From Vicugna vicugna (lineage: Eukaryota): a stretch of 64,000 bases of DNA. How positions within the stretch are numbered: position 1 is the first letter of the stretch; the number at the start of each line of letters is the position of its first letter. The stretch lies in assembly GCA_013265495.1 (NCBI GenBank), contig MU058241.1, positions 1,241,249 to 1,305,248 on the forward strand. The letters run 5' to 3'. This document shows positions 1-11,450 of the stretch, in pieces. Under the pieces are notes generated by a model. The model saw nothing but the letters and a program-made list of their open reading frames with translations, made no database searches and had not been told where the DNA came from. The position numbers and the translations under genes are program-made.

Positions 1-1647
1 AATGAAAGTAGAAAACAGTACAATTCAGGATCACTTATTTGTCTCGAATTCAAGTACACGAGTGGTGATTCGGAGGTCAGCAGGAATGACTACGTAATAA
101 CAAAAACAGAACCTGTGTATTTGCCCAAACTGAATTAACTCCATTTCTCTAAATCAAGGTGTATGGTAAGTTGAATGTTTGATCTTAGCGACTGTTAACC
201 TTGTCGGTTTAACACTTCAGCACTGAAGGAGGCATTTCTCTGTTCACACGGACCGCTCCATGTATGTCTTGATCTGAAGTATCTAAGCACTGAACATGTG
301 TATTTCAAGTTCGTCCGTGTGACCCTGTGTTCCTCTCTTCAGGAGCATCAGTAATACATTTGGCAAATAGGTTCAAACATGAACTGTAAATTAACAGTGT
401 TAAATATTCAATATGAAATGTTGATTCTCAAAAATGTATTAAAATGAATTAATGAAAATATGGCCAGACTCCTCACTCCAGGGCATAGGACTGTTTGAAC
501 AATAAGCAAACAAGACGTAAGTGAACAAACGCAGTTAAAACCGTGCTTTGAGTCACACGACAGACACTGTATTATTAGGTACCATGACTCATCTTTGGCT
601 TGGGATATTTAACGTGACTCTCGAGCAGAGAAACCCAAAGATTACCAAGATAGAAAAGCTTATTCACATGTATTTTTGTGTGTTGCTGACATTTCCACAG
701 GTTTAAAAAATATGTTTTCATTGAACACGATAGTTGAAATATGATTAGGCAAAACATCGTCTACCAGTTTTATGGTCATCAATAATGAAATGCCTAAAGG
801 CTTGAGACAGGTCCCTATAACTCTTGTTTAAGGCTGCCGCTACTGACAAACCACCATGTAAGTTATGAAATGCATTTTTAAGAACTCAGCCGTGATATCG
901 TAATATTAGAACGTATTATTAAACAGTATGAGGGACGATGGTAGGTTACTTCAGGGAAGCCAAATGCGAGCCTTTCCTAGTTCATGCCTATGAAGAGCCC
1001 ACGAAATGCTCTGAATTTTTTTTTTAAAGGAATTTAAAATATTCAAATAATGGCTTTAGAGTTAACCTGAAATTGTGGCAAAAGCAAGATTTGGGTTTGC
1101 ATTTCTATTCTGTTCATCAAGTAGTTTCTCCCTAGAGGATGCAGACAGCAATGCTATCCTCAAACTGTTTTGGTGAGCATTTCATCGATTTGATTTGAAA
1201 TATTTTAGGCTGTTTTGGCCCACAGTAGGAACTTGATCACTTTCGGTCCTTTTCTTTCTGGGAAACATAACATCAACATCTGGTGCAGAGCCTTGTTTCC
1301 TGACTTCACGGGGCTGGGAGGGTGGTAACACGCTTCTGCGCTCACGTGCCCTTGACCCTCCACTCCAGTGTGCAGACCGAGACTCTAGGAAGGTGGCAGC
1401 CCTTTCCTGCGGCAGCACAGCTTTGCCTTGGCTACCACTTCTGGCCCCAAGGCCTGACGCTGACATCGCAAGAGTTTTCCTGGAAACGCAAGAACTGGGA
1501 GTCTGGAAAGCTGAAGACACTCCTGAAGGAAGTGCTGAGGTCCAGTGTGGCCAGCTTTCACGAAGACGGGATGTGTCTGCTGTACCCAAAGTCAGATATG
1601 CCCCCCTCAACCTTACACCAGAAATTCCGAACGTCCAACCAGACAGT

Positions 1648-1788
1648 CAGTGATGCTCAGACTTCCAGGTGCCAAATCGTCCCTCCATGTGCTTGTTAAT
1701 GATAAGACTGCCAGGAGGTGGGACTCAGGAATCTGCCCTTTAAATACGGTCTCCAGGTGATTCTGATGCACGAAGCCCGAGGACACTG
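1648..1788. mobile_element. MER5-type hAT DNA transposon fossil
   Basis: Motifs CAGTGATGCTCAGAC, CAGGAATCTGCCCTTTAAA and CCAGGTGATTCTGATGCAC resemble the MER5A consensus as I recall it. Confidence 0.6.
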
Positions 1789-2635
1789 TACTGGAAACCA
1801 CCGAGTCAGGCAGTGGGCTTTGCACGTCAGCTCTGACCACCCGGAGGTGCCGCCGGTTCATCACTGAAGCGTCCCACCACTTGGCCTCAACTGGGTCTGC
1901 AGTCTCTAGTAAGCAAAACCACTGTTAAAATAAGAGCTAAATGCCAGTTAGGGACAAATTGTCTATGTTTGCTTCTTTACAGGCAGAGGTTGTCCAGGAA
2001 CACACCACCTAGCAGAGAACGACACTTCCACTGATTTCCCTAGCCCTCAACAGCACTGTTCAAGGTTTGCTCCTCTAAGCATCTTACATAAAAGTGCCCA
2101 CACTCGCCCTAACCCCACCCCAACCTGTAACACGTCGTCTGCTTATTTCCCTCACGGCATTTAAGCCCCTTTAAAGCAAAGACCTTGTGAAATGTATTTT
2201 CGCTTCATAATTCTATGCCCCTCACCTCAGTAGAATGTTAAGCTGTATAGGACTCCTAGGTGTAGAGCTGTCTATCAGACACCAGAAAGGCTGGATGAAT
2301 ACTGAAGAACTGCATGGAAGGAGAGACGGAAGGAGGGAGTGCAGGGATGGTTTTATGCATTTGTAAAGTACTAGGTCTCTCATCCAGATTTTCTCTAGTG
2401 ACTGACAGCAGAAACCACCTTACTTCTGCAGTCTGGCTGTGCTCCTACATCAGAACCTTCATTTCTGATGCATTTATTACTTCTGCTGCAGTATTTTTTA
2501 AATCTGAAGGCCTTTGTGACCACATGCATCTGTCATTCATTGTGAGTTAGTATATTTCCAGGCTATGCGTAAGGGCTAAGTTTCCTGATGTGCACAAAGT
2601 ATATCCCTTAAAAATACCTTAAGAGGTTTTGAAAA

Positions 2636-2745
2636 TTCTAATTCAAAAAGATACACACACCCCAATATTCACAGGAGAACTATTTATAATAGCTAAGATA
2701 TGAAAACAACATAAATGTCCATTAACAGATGATTGGATAAAGATG

Positions 2746-2781
<36 letters not shown>

Positions 2782-3232
2782 AGAGGAATATTACTCAGCC
2801 ATGAAAAAGAATGAAATATTGCCACTTGCAGTAACATGGATGGATCTAGAGAATATTACACTTAGTTAAATTAGGTAAAGACAAATATTATATATCACTT
2901 ATATGTGCAATCTAAAAAATAAAAGAAATGAATCTATATACAAAACAGAAACAGACTCACAGGCAGAGAAAACAAACCTATGGTTGCCAAAGAGGGCAAG
3001 GGGAAAGGGATAAATTAGGAGTGTGGGAACTAAAAGATACAAACAACTATAAATAAAACAGATAAACAACAAGGATTTATTGTGTAGCACAGGGAACTAT
3101 ATTCAGTATCTTATAACTATAATGGAAAATAATATGAATAAATATATTTTATATATATATATAAAAAAACTGAATCACTTTGCTACACACCTGAAACTAA
3201 CACAATATTGTAAATCAACTGTCGTTCAATTT
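2636..3232 (+). mobile_element. LINE-1 3' fragment (ORF2 end plus 3'UTR, artiodactyl-type) with internal (CA)n
   Basis: ATTCAAAAAGATACACACACCCC...CACAGGGAACTATATTCAGTATC...TGTAAATCAACT; aligns by eye with the 3' part of the L1 at 43434-44379. Confidence 0.9.
2747..2778. repeat. (CA)n microsatellite
   Basis: Direct observation. Confidence 0.95.
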
Positions 3233-3584
3233 AAAGACATACTGTAAGTCTAATTTGCTACTAAGTGTTCTGAGCTGCACTGTCTTGTGCCACATGAATA
3301 CACAATTCCCACATAAACACATGTGTCTGTGATTAAATAAATTCACATACATTAACCCATTCTTTCAAGATGCAGTTCAAAACTGCCTTCTTCACAAAGG
3401 CTGCCTTCGTCATAAACCCTCAGGTGACTCTCTCGTCCTCCAATGCAAGAATCCTTTTATAGCTTGACACTCAGCATCAAAGCCTGGGGAAGTCACTGGC
3501 TTTGTCACTGTCAAACACTGTCACTTGACCAACTTCAACCACTGCTCACCCCACAACATCTGCCTCCAACCTGGACTACTGAAA

Positions 3585-4190
3585 TAGTCAGTCCTCCCCA
3601 TTCTTGTAATCATGTTCTATAAAGTCGTTATGAATGTTGAGTTAGTCAGTACTGACCTGTTGCTTCTAGGGAGCTTCAAGGTTAGGTTTTTGGGCGCCTC
3701 TGGTCACAGCACTGTCACCAACTGGTCAGCAGAGAACCTTGTGTGGAAGGTGTCTCTGTTTCCAGGCACCTTACTGGGTTGATACAGTTGAGTTATCCAC
3801 ATTGGCCTTGGGGCCATCCGCACTACGTCATGCCTGCAAGATGTTTGTCTAACTCACTTATTATCTCCCTAAAGCACATCGCAGCCTTCTTGGACTTCCA
3901 GACGGCACTCGAGGACTGTGCTCGGGTGTCAGTCCCAACACCAACACCACCAGGACACACAAATGTGAAAACGTGGCACTAAATAGCCCAAAAAAGGGAC
4001 ACTTCCTTAGAGCCTGAGAGCTGAAACCCGAAGGCAGCGCCACCTTGTCCAGCCCCAGCTGAGCCTGTCCGAGAATGGGCCGGAAAGTAACTGCAGAATT
4101 GATCTTCTGGTTACAAACATATTACAGCGGCACGGGTGGGTCTGCAAATGCAGCGCAAATACGGAAGGCGCGGGAAACGAGGGCGGGGAG
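3585..4190 (-). mobile_element. MER82-like Tigger-family DNA transposon, near full length
   Basis: GTTCTATAAAGTCG, CCTCTGGTCACA, AAAACGTGGCACTAAATAG, GAGAGCTGAAAC and GCAAATACGGAA match the reverse complement of the recalled MER82 consensus, in order. Confidence 0.8.
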
Positions 4191-4269
4191 CAGGCATGGC
4201 TGCCTCCTAACTGGCCTCCCCGTTTCTCTTCTGGCCCAGCCACCACGCGGCAGCCAGGTTATCTGCAGA

Positions 4270-4790
4270 CAATGCCCGTGAATAATTAGGCTCTTCGTCC
4301 TAAGAGCACCCGGCAGCTTCCCAGCTGCAATGAACAGAGTATGATTCAAGCACCTTTCCGGTCCCGCAAGGACCCCCAGAGATGACTCTCCTTCCCCTTT
4401 TCCTCCTTTGTCCTTACATTCTTTGTTTCTCCGAGTCTCCGTCGGAACCTGCCTACCTCACTAGTCCCTCCTGCCTTGGCCATGCTCAGTCATCTTTTCC
4501 TTAGACCTTGAGGTCTAAGCCTCAAGGTCACAGTTTCAAGGCATCCCCTGATGCTCTCAGGTCGTGGTTTGCGTCAGCTCCTCCACCTTCCGGTGTTCTG
4601 CACTCTTCCTTATCTGAAGACGTTTCATTCATTTGCTAGGGTGTTGGTTATCTGCGCCCACAGGAACAGATCTCTGATAACAGGGCCTCTGGTGGTCCTC
4701 GCTGCACAGACAGCGCAGAGGGCAATGCCGCTGGCGCACAGCGGTGCCCAGGATGCAAGTGTTGGATGGGTAACTTACAGAGCACTCCTG
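4270..4790 (+). mobile_element. L2 3' fossil
   Basis: Degraded L2-like blocks ending in ATGCCGCTGGCGCACAG...TGTTGGATGGGTAA. Confidence 0.45.
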
Positions 4791-5041
4791 TGTGCTACTT
4801 TATGGTACGAATTTATGTGTTTGTCCCCATTCCCCCTATAATAATGTAAGCTCCCGGCCAGCGCAAATGACTTAGGCTCTGGTTTCATGCAAAGATGTTT
4901 ATACTCAGTCTCCTTTGCCTGCTGTGTAACGGGCGGTTAGCAGGGTATGGTTTCCAGCAATGCTACACGTTTGGAGAGCTTTTTGCACATTATAAGCTAA
5001 AAATACACTTATTGAATAAGTGGCCCCAGTTCTGACACTGA

Positions 5042-5500
5042 TGTGTTTCAGTAATGTTTTGCTTCCTAACTAACAATTCCAGTACATACTGGCTGAAACC
5101 AGCAACCATCATTTTTATTTTTTATTTGTCATACATCTGCAATTTGGGCACGTCTCCGTGGACACAGTGTGTTTTCTCTGTTCTTGCGGTGACAGCTGGT
5201 TGGCTGAAGCATAGCTGGCGGCCCAGTCATCTGAATGTGATCCCTCATACATGTGGGCATGATGCCGGCTACCCCGGGACCTCAGCCAGGCTGCCGGGCG
5301 GGCACTGGCGTGCTTCCCCTTGGCTGGCTACCTGGCTTCCCTGAAGCAGGGTGGCTGGGTTCCCAGGTGTGACCGCCACAACCACTAGGAAGAAGGCGAG
5401 TTACCTTGGGTACCAAGGCTTTGGAGACGGCATCACTTCTGCCTTAGTCCCGTCAGAGACCCACCCAGAGCCAGGAGAGGGAACTTAACCTGATCTATTG
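5042..5500 (-). mobile_element. MLT1 (ERVL-MaLR) LTR fossil
   Basis: TGGCTGAAACCAGCAACC...ATCTGCAATTTGGGCA...CATCACTTCTGCC, typical of old MLT1 LTRs. Confidence 0.55.
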
Positions 5501-7222
5501 TCTTGAGAAGATCGTCAGAGACAGTCTGCCTCAACAGATCACATGGTAGTTCATCTCCGTCCAGGCAAAACGGTGCGAACCCGACGCTTTTGCTCCTTCT
5601 GCTGTTTGTGGTTTGTGCATGTGTGTCTGGCCATGCACGCAGCAGGCAAGCTGAGCCAAACAAGACCAGAATCTGACCTCCCTTGGACCAGTGGGTGTAT
5701 CAGAGCAGAGGAAAGGTAAAGTGCCACGATCGCAGGACTTCGTCTCAGGACGCAGCTGAGCCCCGAAAGTAACACACCCGCCCCAACTCAGTCTGCTAGC
5801 AGAGTGCACCGGAACACTGGCGACTGTGAGCAGCTCCCACTGACTCTCTGGACGTTCAGACCTGTAACTGCAAGCCAGATTCCTACCAGTTGCAGGAGCT
5901 CCCTTTGTTCTTTTGCTACTGGCTCCCCAAGAGGAGAAGGCTTCCTCTTGCTCCCTGCTTAGTAAGAGACATCCATTTGCTTAGCCAGCAACTGTGTGGA
6001 GCCCACAGTGCTCACCTTCGCTCTCTCTTTTGCCACAGCTTCAGGCATCTTTTCAATGAACGTGACTGAGCTACTCTGAGTCAGGAGCTCTGCCAGGACT
6101 GGAAGACACTGAGATTTCTGTCAGTCTCTCCCCTCAGGTGGATGCAATGCGGTAGGCGGGGGAGGGAAACCTAGCTCTGGTTCTTTCGGTCTATCTTGAA
6201 AGGAAGGTAGCATTTTCAGCTCAAAGGGAACTGAGGTGTGACGTTCAGTTCCTTCACACGGTCGGAGCACATGCTATGAAACCCCAAAGGCTTCTGCAGA
6301 ATGAAAACAGCTGAATCGACACCCAGCTTTCCAGCGGACACCATTCCCTCCTGAAGGGGAATCCTGACGATTCATATGTGGATGGAGAAACGGACACTGA
6401 GAGCACGCACATAAGTGCTACTACAGCATAATCCAAATTCAGCAAAGACACCTGGACAGACATCCGCACACATAGAGGGAATCATCTGAAAGAGCTGGTG
6501 AAATGGGGCAGCATCTATTTCCATGACATTTTCCTCTTGGGCAAAACCGCACTACATCTACAGACAAACATGCCCGTGGAAATTCAGGTGTGTGGATTTG
6601 CCTACATGTGTGGCAGCTTTTTTTGTGGTTATGCTTTGATAAACTATCACCCAACTTCTAAATGCGTAGCCATCTTAATAACTACTTGAATATTTTAACT
6701 TTTTTCCTCCACAGAGCTGGTGTGTCATTATATTTTCCATTTTGTGCCTGGCTTTTCATGCATTTAAAGTGCTGGAGCAGCTGTTTATTTGGAAAGGTTC
6801 CATTATGGCCATAATAATCTCCAACTAATTGCACATCAAATATTTATTTCTTGCACATTAAATTAATGAAGCAGTTTCAACAAGAGAAAAATTGGACCAG
6901 GTTGGCAACCGGTGCCTATAAATTCATGAAAGATTCCCAGTTCTTTTTTTGGCAGGACTCCTCTGATACAGATTAATAATTTTTAAATGGGAAAATTTCC
7001 CATTATCTAGTTGTGACTTTTTAAATAGGCAAGCTTGCTTTATGCAAGTGCTTTTCTCAATTTTTCCTTGATAGATCATATTATAGCTTATAGAAATGAA
7101 AAAAAGTAAGTCATACTATTGATTTTCAAATAAATTTTTTGGTATCTACTCTGCCTTGAATTTAACATAATTTGTTTTCTTCACTCTACTTTTGAAACTG
7201 TAAATGCTTTCAATGGGTGAAT

Positions 7223-8343
7223 GTTTTTCAGCTTTATAAAGGTATGGCTGGGGAGAGGATATAGCTCAACTGGTAGAGCACATGCTTAGCATGCACGAGG
7301 TCCTGGGTTCCATCCCTAAGACTTCCTCCTAAATAAATAAATAAATACATAAAGCTAATTACCGCTCCCCCTAACCAAAGATATGGATGATACACATAGA
7401 ACTGCACTATCTAATGTGTACAATTTGTTGAGTTCGCACATATGAAAAGACCTGCGATACCACCCACATAATCAAGGTAGCAGCCATACCCAACACTTCC
7501 CGGTTTCCTTGTGTGCATTTGTCCTTTGCTTCTGCTGTAAGAGCACCAAACATGGAGCTGACATGCAACAACACTTAAGTGCACACCACGGCACTGTCAA
7601 CTACAAGCACCGTGCCGCACCGCGGGTCTCTAGAACCTGCTCATCTCGCAAAATCTATATCCATTTTTATACCCATTGAACACCTCCCATTTCCCCAGCC
7701 TCGAGCCCCTGAAAACCACTATTATATTCTCTGCTTCTAGGAGTCTGACTATTTTAGATACTTCACAAAACATCCTTCCATTACCTTGGCTTATTTCACT
7801 CAGACAGACACTTCTCCAGGGATACAAATAGCCAACTGGTGTATGAAAAGATGCTCAACACCAATAATTATCACAGAATTGCAAATCGAAACCAGAGTGA
7901 GACAGCACCTGTTACGATGATCACTGATCAGAAAAGCCAGCCAAACAACCAACCAACCAAAAAAACCCCAGCCCAAATCAAAACGTAACATCTTGATGAG
8001 GATGCTGGGAAACTGGAACTGTTGTACACTGTTGGGAATGTATAACTGTGAACACTATGGAAAATGTATTATCCTCAAAAAATTAAAAAACAGAACTACC
8101 ATATGACCAGCACCCCACTTCAGGACATATCTCAAAGTACTGATCAAAGAAATATCTGCACTCCCATATTCACTGCGTAATTATTCACAACAGCCAAGAT
8201 GTGGAAACACCCAAGTGTCCATTAGATGAATGAAAAAAGAAAAACTATATACACACAATGGAGTATTATTCAGCCTTAAAAGGGAAGAAACCCTACCTTA
8301 AAAGGAAGGAAACATGGATGGAGCTGGAGGACATGATGCTAAA
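7223..8343 (-). mobile_element. Old LINE-1 insertion with 5' inversion: 3' end on minus strand 7223-7802, inverted ORF2 piece on plus strand 7803-8343
   Basis: The plus piece ends at GAGGACATGATGCTAA and the minus piece starts at CTGAGTGAAATAAGCC; these positions are adjacent in L1. Degenerate TSD TCAATGGGTGAAT (7210-7222) / TCAACAGGTGGAC (8344-8356). Confidence 0.8.
7251..7376 (+). mobile_element. tRNA-Ala-derived SINE (camelid Vic-1-like) nested in an L1 3' end
   Basis: A-box TAGCTCAACTGG, CTTAGCA loop, B-box GGTTCCATCC, (TAAA)n; TSD AAAGGTATGGCTG / AAAGATATGGATG (7238-7250, 7377-7389). Confidence 0.9.
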
Positions 8344-8945
8344 TCAACAGGTGGACTTAAAATTTTTGCTGATTAAAAGTAGTACGTGACTAACTATTCT
8401 GAAAACTGGTTTCCACTTCCAGCTTACTTTTTTTTTTTTCTTCTGATGCATTCTCTGAAAGATGTCTGATACTGTTTCTTTTAGACACACTGCTGGTGTA
8501 TGGAAAATGACTAATGATTCTGGGAAACAGTTTCAGGAAAGAATTTCTCTGAACAGTTGGTCTGTCAATGCTAAGAATGATGCCTATGGATGGGTTTCTT
8601 TCATCAGAATAAGTGATGTTACAATTTTCCAATAAGATCATAACGCACAATTGCCAGCAAACATGACTGAGTGTTTACAATGCTTGGTAGAGAACACAGC
8701 TCCAAAAAAGTGTCCCAAAGGACACTCTGGAGTTCTTATCTAGTTGCTGACTGACTGACTGTTAAGTTTTAGGGTCGTTAGTTGTCCTCTTTTGCACTAC
8801 ACTTTTGAGCAGGGTTTTTGGCTTCAGGTACCTGTGAATGAAACATGGTTTGCATTTTTTTTGCAGAAAGGTCCTTTTAAAGCAAGTTCTCACCACGCTG
8901 TTCCGTTCAGACAGCAGCGAGACCATACATCTGCATGGTTTATTA

Positions 8946-9483
8946 CAGGCTTATCTTGGATATATTGTGGGTTCAGTTCCAGACCACCGCAATAAAGCAA
9001 ATATTGCAATAAAGCAAATCCTACGTTTTTTTGATTTCCTGGTGCACATGAAAGTTATGCTTACACTACACAGTAGTCTGTTAAGGGTGCAATGGCATTA
9101 TGTCTTAAAAAAAAATCCAATGTGTGTACCTTAATTTAAAACACTTTATCGCTAAAAAAAAATGCTAACAATCATCTGAGCCTTCAGTGAGTCGTAATCT
9201 TTTTGTAGTAGTAACATCAAAGATCCCTGATCACAGATCACCATGACAGATACAATAATAATGATGAAGTCTGAAATACTGTGAGAATTACCCAAATGCA
9301 ACACAGAGAATGAAGTGAGGAAATGCTGTTGGAAAGACGGTGCTGACAGATTTGCTCAACGCAGGATTGTCACAAACTATTTGTATAACAACTCCCCCCC
9401 AAAAAACAAAAAACAAACAAACAAAAACGGGGAATATGTGCCAAGCAAAACAAATCAAAGTGCAATGGAACGAGGTGTGCCTA
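8946..9483 (-). mobile_element. Internally deleted Tigger1 derivative
   Basis: Both termini present (CAGGCTTATCTTGGATATATTGTGGGTTCAGTTCCAGACCACCGCAATAAAGC ... GAACGAGGTGTGCCTA), with TA on each side. Confidence 0.85.
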
Positions 9484-9901
9484 TATAAGGAATTGGCACC
9501 GTGATTATGGAAGCTGAGAAGCCCAGGATCTGCCATCTGTGAGCTGGAGACCCCAGGAAGTTGGTGCAGTAGTTCCAGCCCGGGTCTGCAGACCTGACAA
9601 CCAGAGAGCGGACTGATGGCGTAAGGGCCAGCCCAAGGGCACGAGAAGACGCTTGTCAGCTTCCCCAGTCAGGCAGAGAGCCAGTTCTCCTGTCCTCTAG
9701 CTTTCTGTTCTGTTCACGCCTTCAATGGGTAGGAAAACACCCTCCCACCCTGGAGAGGTCCCTCTGCTTCCCTCCGTCCACCCATTCAGATGCTCAACTT
9801 ATCTGGAAATACCCTCACAGACACTCCCGGGACCATGTTTCACCAAACATCCGGGCACCGCGTTGGCCCTGACAAGCTGACACAGAGAATTAACCATCAC
9901 C
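9484..9901 (-). mobile_element. MLT2 (ERVL) LTR, interrupted at its left end by the Tigger1 element
   Basis: TAAGGAATTGGC..GTGATTATGGAAGCTGAGAAG...GGAAATACCCTCACAGACAC...AATTAACCATCAC. Confidence 0.8.
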
Positions 9902-9934
9902 TGGACCTTCAGGACATATCACACACCCCCAGCA

Positions 9935-10092
9935 GGAATCTGTGCCATCCCACCAAATTTTTATCAGCATCTCTGGTTTCTACTGACTCGATGCCAAAAG
10001 GTGCCCTCCACCCCCAGTCCTGACAACTAAAAATGCCCCCAGACATGGCCTGGTGTGGGCTGCGGCACCGTCACCCTGCAGAGCCCCGCTGG
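9935..10092. mobile_element. MER20-like fragment
   Basis: CAGCATCTCTGGTTTCTAC..GATGCCA...GACAACTAAAAATG. Confidence 0.55.
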
Positions 10093-10317
10093 CCGAGCTC
10101 AACCCCATCCCCTGGGAACGTCCCCGTTAGACTCTCCAGTTTTCCCTACCAGGGAGTTCCTTGGAGTGAATTCAGTTCAGATCAACGAATCTTTCAGTGT
10201 CAAAATGAGAAACACACCAATCACTATGGATGATTCCATCTGAATAACGACACTTGTCTGCTGCTCTCACATCATTTCCAGGCCTTTGAAGAGGAAATCA
10301 GATATTACTGTCTAGAT

Positions 10318-10495
10318 TAGTGGCTCCCAAATTTGCATGCAGATTAGGCAAATGGTTTGCACAAAACTTCAAAGACCACACGGCACACCCCAGAAATAAA
10401 ATCAGGATCTCTGAAGGGGGCACATAGACATCACTGAAATCTGATGTTCCCCAGGTAATTCTGCTGTGCAGATATGAGGAAGCTGTTGGTCTAGA
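10318..10495. mobile_element. MER5-type fossil
   Basis: AGTGGCTCCCAAA...AAATCAGGATCTCTG...CCCCAGGTAATTCTG, flanked by TCTAGA. Confidence 0.55.
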
Positions 10496-10949
10496 GTTTT
10501 GCTAAACTGGAGGACTAGTGTATTGTAATTAATCAGTCATCACATTTGTTGTTGTAATCCTGAATCTAGTTCTTACACAATTTCCATATCACCTTGGGGA
10601 CATAATGTCATCTGACCCCGTTTTTTAAAATCTATCTATAACATGTAACTGCATCTCTAATATGTGACTCCTGTGATCACCAGGGGACTGAAGAGATGAC
10701 TTGGATAAATTCCAAAATACAGTGAGTAGCGTCTAGGAAGTGCCTAACAGTGCCTACTACGGTGACTATTCTTTGCCCCGTTTCACCCTTGTCAAAAATC
10801 ACTTTGAATTCATTGTTTCAATCACAATCTCATTTTCCATCATTGTCCAGAAAGCTGGACAGATAATTAAATCGGAGTCCCATCACCAGAACAATATTCT
10901 ATTCATTATTTTAATCTGTATCTTGGTAGAACGACATATGTTTTCAAGT

Positions 10950-11450
10950 AATTGTCTTCAAAAACTCTCTTTGCATGGGCGTGGTCTACACTGTGAACCA
11001 TCGCACGCCTGGGAATACCTTTCACTCGCCTTCACCTTTGGGGAAAATCTTGGGTTGAATTCTTGGGTCGGGAATACTAACCCTTGCTCAACATTCCGTA
11101 GACAGTGCCCCATCTTTTAGCACATGGAGACCAGCCCTGTCTTGCTCTCTTGTTCCATGTCACCTGCTTCATTTCCCAGGGGACTGAGAGATGCCACTTC
11201 ACTTTCATTTAAGCTACGACAGCCCAGAATGTTGACTGGATTTCATTTTTATTAACTTATTTACTGACTGCAACCCCAAGTGAAGTCATTCAAACTGGAA
11301 CCATGTTATTTCCTCACTTTAGTTGAGTTTTCTTTTGTTACAAACTTTGACTATTATTTCTGCTCCATTTACTTTCAAATCATCTTCCAGAACACTAATT
11401 ATAATTTGATTCTTTTCTTTTCATTTATAAATTTAGTCTCTTGCCATTCA
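10950..11450 (-). mobile_element. Ancient L1/HAL1-like fragment
   Basis: GAATTCTTGGGTCGG..CTCAACATTC..GACAGTGCCCCATCTT resembles antisense L1/HAL1 ORF1-region sequence; very degraded. Confidence 0.35.
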
